Of a stretch of DNA of 64,000 nucleotides, positions 54,430-64,000 are shown piece after piece. A program made the translations under genes and the position numbers. Location: positions 18,786,001-18,850,000 of the forward strand of contig OZ193909.1 of NCBI GenBank assembly GCA_964276515.1. The letters are read 5' to 3'. The notes under the pieces are model-generated. The model was not told where the DNA came from. It saw only the letters and a list, made by a program, of their open reading frames with translations, and searched no databases. Every line of letters begins with the position of its first letter. Within the stretch, counting starts at the first letter, position 1. The DNA comes from Gordius albopunctatus (lineage: Eukaryota).

Positions 54430-55592
54430 AGAGCAGGTATAAAACAAAATAAAAAACCATAATTCAAAAGCGTCGCATTTGTCATCTATTAAAAATGGCC
54501 AGCTGTCGGTTAAGGATTTAAAATTGCACTTTGCTATAAAAATACCAATTTTTTGTTTAAGTAAAAAAATTGTACAATATTTAGAGGGCGGGCAACGACG
54601 GCTGATTTCTTAGAAAAGCTTAATAGCTGCCTGATCAAAAGTTTCAGAGCCTATTAGAGGGTAGGGGGGCCTAATATTTTGCCCATTCGGTCTTTAGCGA
54701 GAGTCAGAGCGGTGTAGTTTTGGTTAGAAGGGGCGAAAATGTCTATGCAAGTGAAATCTCATTGAAGGGGTAGACCATCTGGGATAAGTCTTTCTAAGCT
54801 TCTATCGCGTACATATAATGGATTGGTCAGTCATGCTTTACAGTTCTTCGCCTCCGAAGGTGGAAATCTTCCCGGCGACCTTGAGTATATTCGCTCAGAC
54901 ATACTGGTCAAAACTTTGACAGTTAATATTTCTTTGATATACCACATGGATTCCTATCGAATAATTTCCTCCTCGCTAAGGTCTTGAGGTCTATAGCCTT
55001 ATATCCTTCGCAAGTGGTTTTAGTTTACCTTAAGAGTAATTCATATTGTATTAGAAATAGATGTTATCAAAGTGCTTATACTTTTACATCACATCGTAGG
55101 TTTTTTGTGACACTACTAAGGGTGGTATGGCGATATAATAGCTGCTCAGCACGGTGTATCAATTTAATAAGACTGAGTAATGATGTATACATGTGTATAC
55201 ATCAGACCTAATAAAATGTGTTGGTTACCAATTTTACCCCAAGCAATTATCGTATGTGTATACATTAACTTCATATATACTTACCTACATTTTACGATCT
55301 TGAATATACAATCTACTTGTCTTGCTATGAGAATTTCATTTTTACCCGAAGCATTATCACTGACATTCTTCAATAAGCTATATCTGTAACCATGGTTAAA
55401 TGGTTACAAACTCTTAGACCGTATATTCAAATTATTTGATTTTATAGGCAAAATAGATGGAAATAACTGTAGCCTTTCTTTGCCAAATATATGATAAAGT
55501 AGAGCATATACATAGACTAATGAGCATATGTGATAAAGAATTGTACCTTTTCGCCCAAATTCATCATTCAATAACTATTACACGTTTAACTC

Positions 55593-58500
55593 ATGCATTA
55601 TTTGAAAAAGGATAAAAAAGACGAGGAATCGGGTATGAATAAGCATATTATTAATTGATATGCAATTTATGTTATATTATTATAATTGATAGGTCACGGC
55701 TATAATGCATTTCATAATTTGGATAAAACAATGGTGCTTCAAGAGGTCTATATTTATATATTGTAGCCTAAATATTACGTTTTATATTTAGGCAAGGGTT
55801 TTTAATGAATCCCCAGTTAACTCAAAAAAGTGCCTGCAAGTTTTGACCAAAATTTTGTACATTGTAAATCAGGTACATGCTTAAAACCTAAATGGATCAT
55901 TTAATTATTATAGAATGAACCTATAGGTCTAAGGGAAGCAACAGAATGCTTTTTTGCTACAACTAAGTTATTTCAGTCGAAAGATGTAAATTAATTTATT
56001 TTCTGTAGCACAATAACATTATATTAGCCAATATTAAGAAGAATGGTGTATTTAGTAATCAAAGACATGGCAAGCTTAGCTCAAGATGTTATAATTGTAA
56101 CAAGCAGGTAATTAATGTCTCTATGTATTAAAATTTATATGCATCTTTAGCCTTACAAAAGATATGACTGGAAGGGTATAAAATAAATATATTTGAAAAT
56201 TACTAACTAGATACATTTAATAACATAATTAATTTTTATATAAAGTTATAATTAATTTGGATTTTTTTAAATATATTTTTTATTTAATATAAACTTTTCT
56301 ATAATAACAAAATACTCTCTTTAAATTCATTTATATTAAACAGGAGGATATGTATCGTGGTCCTGCTATAAGAACATTATGCTCTATTACAGATGTAAAT
56401 TAAATTACACTATATTTTTTATTCGTCTAAATAATTTTATTTCATCTATAATAATTTAATAAACACTTAAATTTTTAATTTTATAACATAATTTAATATT
56501 TGTCAAACATTTGATTTTTTATAATAATATTTTCTACAAATATTTATTAATTTATAAATATGTGTTTATTTTGTAGCATACAATGATACAAGCAATTGAA
56601 CGTTACATGAAGCAGGCCATAGTTGACAAAAATTACACAGTAGCAAGTGCAGCTCTCACTTCATCTATGGTAAATAGTAATTGATTATTTGTTAATTTTT
56701 AAATTTTTATCATGAATTTTATTCAAAAGTGTTTATATATATTTGAACCATTTTTAGGGCTTATAACATTACTTTCAAAAATATTATACTTTTTTCTAGA
56801 TTTCACAAATGTTTTATGATTTTTTCTTTACCCTTTATTTATAATATTATGTAGCATTTGTGCAAAGCTCAAGGGGGTGAAATTGTGAAGAGATGGATAA
56901 ATGAATTGCAAGAAGCCATAAATTCAGATAATGTTATGGTTCAGGTTAGTATTATTTGAATTTGCTTCTTCATCACCTAATGATACAAATTGCAATTTTA
57001 AGCAAACATTTTAAAATAAGACTATTTAAATTTGCCAATGTTATTTAAAATTTTGTGTTTCTTTTGTCCTTTAGTACCACGCCTTGGGACTGATATACCA
57101 GGTCAAGAAAAGTGATAAATTAGCCATAAGCAAGTTATTTTCCAAATTTAGTAAGGGTTCTTTACGATCACCATACGCATACGTCCTATTGGTGAGTCAA
57201 TTTAATTACGTAGTTTTAATATTTTTTTGTTTGATAATTTTTGTAATTATATTGTTTAATGTTTAGTTTGTATTAATAACACCCTTATTGTTAATCACTG
57301 TTTCTAGTTTAATGCATTATATGATTATTTTAAGTTTGCATCTTTTTGTTTTGTTTTTTTACTCTTAATTAGAAGAGCTGTGTATTTTAGAGGTAAAATT
57401 TTTTTATTTGACCAAATAAATGTGATTATCAATGAGCAAAAGTCACTTATATCAGTTAATGTTTGATTTTTTTAAGATTTAAACAGATTTGAAACTATGT
57501 GCCTTAGTTATTAAGGTACAGACTGGATTTTAACAAACGAAAAGTTGATAGTTTATTTTGTTTGTTTTATATATAATATGAAGTAATTTAATTTATATAC
57601 ACAAGCATATATTTGTAGGTTTAATAAACTAAAGATTCAATCTTGAAAATCTAAGTTACACATTGGGTTTATTAAATATATAAGATTTGCAAAATTATGT
57701 CAAATAAAAGTATAATCGCTGTCTTTAACCCCTTCACCTCAAGTTTTTCAATTGCTTACAGATTTTATTGAATTTCAAGTTACATTTTCTCATTTATTTT
57801 TTAGTTAGAGATTTGGGAGTTGATAATGATAGTTTTTATCTTATTTGTGTTAAATATAATTTTTTTAATTTCAGCTTTAGCCCTTCCATAAGGATTAGTT
57901 GAAATTTAAAATATAGTATGATTAGAGCTTAAGGTCGATTAATCAAAATCCAGCCGTTTTTACTACACTAATCGGGAATATAAAAAATTACTTTTGAAAC
58001 GTTTACACGCATTTGCACAATTATTATATTCCTTTATTTAATTGATCTAGATTCGCATAACTTGTCAACTCATCGCGGACGACGAAGGTTCCAAGTAAGG
58101 ATTGAGAACATATATATACTTTTCCTTTCTGCCATAACAAGGCTTTTGTAAAATAGAATTTGAAATTTTTTGCGACATTTTTCAAGTCAACCCTATAACT
58201 AATAACTAGCTATCGATCGCTGGTTCGCTTTAGTTAGATGCGATTTATGGGCTCACCTTTTCATTTAACCCATTCTGTCCCATCCACTATTTAATAATTA
58301 CTACATATATATATATATTTTCACGATTCTATAGCTACGCCAACACGGGCCCCTACTTCGATTTCGTCGAGAGTTGCTTGCGACACAAGAGCGAGATGGT
58401 GGTTTTTGAAGCCGCCTCGGCGCTCGTTAATATGCACAAGCCCGGCTCTTCTGTCAGCAGCAGCAAGCAACAGTTGGCCCCGGCCATTTCGGTGCTTCAA

Positions 58501-61500
58501 TTATTCTGCAGCTCGCCCAACGCGGCCCTCCGTTTTGCCGCGGTTAAAACGTTGAATAAAGTACGCTTTTTCGCCACCTAATTTTCCCACTTTGCGCACT
58601 AAATGATTTTTTTGTACTACCACGAGTGATGATAATACGTACAATTTTTATGTGTGCGTGATGTGATGCAAAGTGGATTTTAGTGTAGCACGTGGGCGTA
58701 TATCCAAGAATTTGTTGAAATTTATCGAAATTCTGGTAATTTTTTCCGCAAAAATTTTTAACTAATATTTTACGCGATAAATGTAATGCTCACGTGTGTA
58801 GACAGAATTGGAATTAGAGGGGGAGGGGCAAAATGATAATTTTTTGAAATTTTAGCCAAGTAATTATATGAAATTTTGCAGGAATTTGTGTACGGCCGTG
58901 GTAATGCTTGAAGATGGGCTTAGTTGATCACATCTTAATGCCCTTTAATATGATTTTATTTGTAAATTATTTCCTTCTCGTATCTTTTTATTAATTTCAT
59001 TCTATATTTTAATACTTTTATTAATAATAATGGAGCATGATAAATTCAGAATGTAAAAAGAGTTTGAGTTCTTACCACTATTAAATTCATTCGCGCCCCA
59101 TAAAAGTAATTCGAAGCTATTTCTCCTCACCAAAAAAACGCACGGCAGGTGGCCATGTCTCAACCGTCCGCGGTAATGTCCTGCAACGTGGACCTAGAAA
59201 CTCTGATTACGGATAGCAATAGAAGCGTAGCCACCCTGGCTATAACCACGCTCCTAAAAACGGGCAGCGAGAGCTCCATCGACAGGCTCATGAAGCAAAT
59301 CTCCACTTTCATGAACGAAATCAGCGACCCCTTCAAGATCACCGTCGTGAAAGCGATACAGTAACATTTTTGAAAAAATATGAACCTTTTCCCCCCATTT
59401 TAGCCGCCACTCGCGCTTTTTCCAATGTCTTTTTGGGGGGGGGGATTTTGGGAATATGGCGTGTATGCCTTTTATCAGAGATTTTTCCACATTCCTTTAA
59501 TCGGCATATATAAGAAGGTTATTGTCCTGGTTTGAATCACAACAAGAGTTTTTAACCAGCGAGAACTCTCGATTTGAGTGTGTCAAGCTTGGCACTATAA
59601 AATTTGAGGATCTAATTACGTTTATTACTTATTATATAATAGATTTATTACGAAAAACAGTAAAATGTTAGGACGTCCTCTGCATATCTCCCCCATGACA
59701 TTTTTTCTTAATATTTTCTAAAAAGTGATGTATTTTTATAGTTATTAATCACAGCCTCAGCTGAATGTTAAATATTTGCGTTGATTTTTACTATAATTTC
59801 CCGTTTTTTGCGCTGTTTTTGCTGGGAAAATTTGTGATTCCCTGATTAGGTCGCTATGCCTTAAATTTCCGCGCAAACACGCGGTCATGATGAATTTCCT
59901 GAGCGGAATGCTGAGGGAAGAAGGCGGATTCGATTACAAGAGGGCCATTGTGGAGACTATCGTTTCTATCATTCAAGATAATCCAGAAGCCAAAGAAACT
60001 GGTAACCGACTGGGTTTTTTGTTTGGTCGACCTTTGGTTCTACTATGAATAACGCTCGATTCTGGTCTGTTTTTCAAATTTTGGCCAACCCTAGGGGTCG
60101 GTTCAGATAAGCAGACCCCCAAACCATTGGTTTAAAACCAAGACTTACCCCTAAATAAGTCTTTGTAATTTACAAAAAGTGTTGTTTTTAAACGAAAATT
60201 AGTCACTGTACATTTATTTTGATGTGGTTGTTTCACCCTATCGTGATAACTTTAGTGTTAGAGCTGGAGGAATGTTATTGAATTATATGAAATTTTAGTG
60301 ATGATAATAAGCTATCCCGCCGCGTGTAATGTATTGGAAAATGCCTATTTTTTTTGTATTCCATTACATGCAAGTTACTATTTATTTAGGCAATTTTTCG
60401 AGATCAACCATGATGGGTGGTGGTGATAAGGTTTTTAACTTGATTGAGCAGAGTTAATGTTTTCGTTTAACTTTCAAATAAGCGTGGTGGAAACCAACTG
60501 CTAAAATAGCCTTTTGACTTTTGTAAAAACGTAAAAGGAAAACTAGTTTGTAGATCTTGATTCTCTGAATCGATGAGGTTAAAGGTCACATTCCATCGTT
60601 TTTATGTAAAATTTGTTTTCCCTCCATTTTTTAAGGGAATTTAAGTGCGAAATTAATAGAAATTCTTGGGTTTACAAGATATAAACCTCGATAACGAATC
60701 TCCTTTATTCTATTTCTCCATCTATCTCATTTATCTTTATTGCATGATACAGGTTTAGCGCATTTGTGCGAATTTATAGAGGATTGCGAACACGCGGTGT
60801 TGGCGGTTAAAATATTGCATCTGCTCGGGGCCGAAGGACCAAAAACGCCCCAACCCTCGAAATACATAAGATACATCTACAATCGCGTCATTTTGGAAGC
60901 TCCCCCTGTTAGATCAGGTACGAATATTTCAAACCTAAATCTCGGCAAAATTTTGCCAAATTTTATAGCTCGAAAATAGATTTTTAATTTACTACCTGTT
61001 TTTTTAAAACTTTTTCCTTGCGATTAAAACTCTATTTTACACCGTTAAACTGGTTAGGATCTTCAGTGCATTTCCTTAAAATTGGATTTTTAGCAGCGTT
61101 GATTTTAAGATGTTACACTATCTGCTTGATTTTTATTTGAAATCATATTTTTACTGCAATTTTTGTTCAACGCTTTTAGAGTGATGTTTTTATAAATCAG
61201 TTTTTGCCCCTTTTTTGTTTTTGTTTATTGCCTACATATAACTTGTGTATTTTATTTACCGCTCATACATATTTATATATGTGTGTATATATGGTTTACA
61301 CTTTTTGTCTGTGTTTGTTTACTTGCAGAGCTGTTAAGTAACTATTAGTTACCTGCAACTAGTTTTTGGAACTAGTTGTTTTCCTAAAAAAAGAAACCGT
61401 AATTAGTTAAATTAATTGCAGGGTAACTGTAACTGTAGTTGATTAGTAACTCTTTATTAAGGTTACAATTAATTTCTATTAAATTAAAAATTATTAATAA

Positions 61501-63732
61501 TTTTTATTATCATAGTTGATTATACCCAGTTGATTGGTCGGCCTTTCCTATTGGTCGACTAAACATACACATATCATTTATAACTCATTTACGTAGCGGC
61601 CGTCAGTGCCTTAGCCAAATTTGCCCTCTACTGCGACGACGATTTGAAAGCTAGCATCGGGGTTTTGTTGTCCCGTTGCCTGCTAGACACCGACGACGAG
61701 GTACGAGACCGGGCCACCTATTACCTTACCCTGCTAGGCGGCGCCGCCACCCGTGGGGGTCAGAACCAGGGTAGTGAGGGTCAAGGTTTGGATACGCCTG
61801 TCACCACCGAACAGCTGATTCAAGAGGAGGAGGAGGAGGACGTTGCAATGCGTGAAGAAGATGGGGGCCAGGATACGAAAGGAGCGCAATTCAAGATGGC
61901 CGCCGCAGCCTCTTACATCGATAACGGTGTGTGTGTGTTTAGTAATTTTGATGTTAAGCTAAAATAAAATTAAAAAATGGTTTTAAATTTTTGTAAAAAT
62001 TTCATTAAATTTCTGGATTTCAATTATGTTGTACCGAATTGTTTTTAATTAACGCATTTTGAAAAACGAAGTTTAGATAGTTATTTCTGTGTTATTTAAG
62101 ATAATAATACCCCCACAGAGTTGGTAAAATAACGATTTGGTAAAACCTTTTCCCTTAAGGCATAATAAAACTTGACACAAATTAATATGTTGAGCGAGGG
62201 AATTTATTGCGAAATCCGAAAATTTATCTGCTCTACAATTTGCCCGCCATTCTGTAGAGATGCACATCTCGGTCCCTTGTTTGGAGCGATCCCTGCTAAA
62301 CTACTTGGCCAAAGGAGATTTTGGGCAGGCGTCATTCGACCTTAAATCGGTGCCGATAGAAGAAACTAAGCCTCAAGACTCTACCAAAGGCGATTTTGGA
62401 CCGGGCCCCGTAGGTCCGACCTCTGAGGACGGAGGTAATCTCGTGAAATTCCCTGAAAACTGGGTTGGGTTTAGTTTGATCGACCTCGACCTTTGGTCGA
62501 GTAAACACGAACGGACCAAAGCCTTTTTTGGTGTCTTTTCTTAGTCGACCTCTAGCAAAACCCCCCAGCCCCGTTTTTACAACACTACTATGCTTAATTT
62601 TATGCAGTAATCGAGAGAAAGAGCGAAAGATCGAGAGGACTTGTGGCTGGAATATGGATTTTTAAAATCCCTCTTATAATCTGACTTCCCTGTCTCTTTT
62701 AAATGCATCCTAAAAGACATTTGTGTTTTGATTAAAAATTAGGGAAATTCGCACATTTAGAATTTTTAATTTAATTGGCGAGGTGAGTTTATGAATAATA
62801 ATTTATTTGCAGGTTATGACGATAACAATCGAGATCCGTTAGTCTAAGGGTTTTCTAGCTTTTCCCTAAAATGTTTTGGATAGTTTGTTGTTTTTTAAGC
62901 TTTATAATGGAGATTGTAAGCTAATTCGTAAAATACGTAGTGTATATGATGTAGTAAGATTATGAGTTATTTTAATCTATTTTCATTTCGTCTTCGCCTT
63001 TTATTTTTAGTATAAGTTTTATAATTATTTTTGTCCGACCTTTTTTTTTGTTAATTTTGAATTTATCATTCTTAGCGATGGGATTCCCTAAGAAGAAGGC
63101 CGAAATTGAAATGCAAGGGCTATCGCGCGAGAGCTTGTACATGGGTGAGTTGACTCTTGCATCAATTCCCCTTTTAAACCTATTATTTTGCTGTCTTTTT
63201 CACTGTGCTTTTTAGCTTTGTAGGAACAACCATTTATAAGAAAAAGGGGTTATTTTAATTATAAATCCGTTGTTTTAGCAATTTTTTATGCAAACTTGGT
63301 TATTGTCGTAATTTTATAGTTCCACCATCAACATGATATAACTCAACGTGAAAAATAAGTTGACTCGTAATTGTTTACAGTTTAAACCTACATTTACTCA
63401 TTTGACGTAGCGGAAAATATTTATTTCCATTTAATTATCAAAAAAAGCTCTCGTAAATACCAATGAAATCTTCAAAGTATTTTAATATTCATGGCTTTTC
63501 ATAGCGTCACTTTCTTATAAGCGCATTTACCCGATGACCTAAAAGAAATTCGAGATATTTAATTGTTTAAAAATTTATTTTGGCGCTGGCAGAAACGTTG
63601 TCAAAAATAGCAGCTTTCTCAACTCTCGGTCCCTTGTTCAAATCGTGTGCTCCCGTCAAGCTTACCGAAGACGAAACGGAATATGTGGTGCAATGCATCA
63701 AGCATATTTTCACGAATTACGTAGTCTTTCAG
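55593..63732 (+). CDS. COPG: Coatomer subunit gamma, 3' end outside window
   Basis: Exons 55593-55632, 55693-55745, 55792-55872, 55914-55985, 56028-56107, 56151-56175, 56344-56394, 56577-56669, 56855-56944, 57075-57191, 58051-58094, 58335-58560, 59149-59360, 59850-60001, 60753-60917, 61597-61926, 62258-62434, 63076-63144, 63593-63732. Motifs [81 protein letters not shown]. Confidence 0.98.
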
Positions 63733-64000
63733 GTAAATGCGCGATGTTTTGCCTTACTTCTAACTATTCCTCAAGCCCTTTGCTGGCCTCTATGGGATAA
63801 ATTAAGAATTTTAGAGTGTATTTGGATTAGAGACCCACACGGGTGACCTTAATTGTAAGGTCTCTGTGTCGGGTTCGGGTTTCAAAATTTTAAAATGCTT
63901 TCGGGTTCGGGTTGAAAAGGTGACTTTGCAGTTCTTTTTGACGCAGGCATCGGAATAGCGATAAAGTGGATTTTTTTCTGATCAAGAAGAACTGATGGAT

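Noticed and set aside
54720..54732. CTAACC on the minus strand as a telomerase RNA template
   Set aside because: Only 6 nt, expected by chance, and no clear pseudoknot or CR4/5 element identified.
55195..55282. Possible C/D-box snoRNA on the minus strand (7-bp terminal stem, CTGA)
   Set aside because: The candidate C box ATGAAGT lacks the essential terminal GA and overlaps a splice-donor-like site.

Overview
AT-rich eukaryotic genomic DNA, probably a protostome invertebrate, with spliceosomal introns and no prokaryotic features. Five genes were reconstructed by hand from GT-AG boundaries: a TEX11/ZIP4-like TPR meiotic gene (minus strand, runs off the left edge), FRMD8/Bili, an ecdysis-triggering-hormone-receptor (ETHR)-like class A GPCR, MRPS6, and coatomer gamma COPG (runs off the right edge). 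Introns and intergenic DNA are dense with hAT-type MITEs (8-bp TSDs), Helentron/DINE-like elements with tandem arrays, a decayed RTE LINE and a young 5'-truncated CRE-like retrotransposon. Two observations stand out. (1) The GPCR has two highly diverged but intact N-terminus+TM1-TM2 exons 14.5 kb apart that can both splice in frame onto one shared TM3-TM7 exon, the mirror image of insect ETHR-A/B splicing. (2) An LTR is followed by 54 nt of reverse-transcribed mature tRNA-Trp whose only mismatches fall at tRNA positions 58, 37 and 26, the classic RT-blocking modified bases. All homology calls come from recalled sequence motifs, not database searches.
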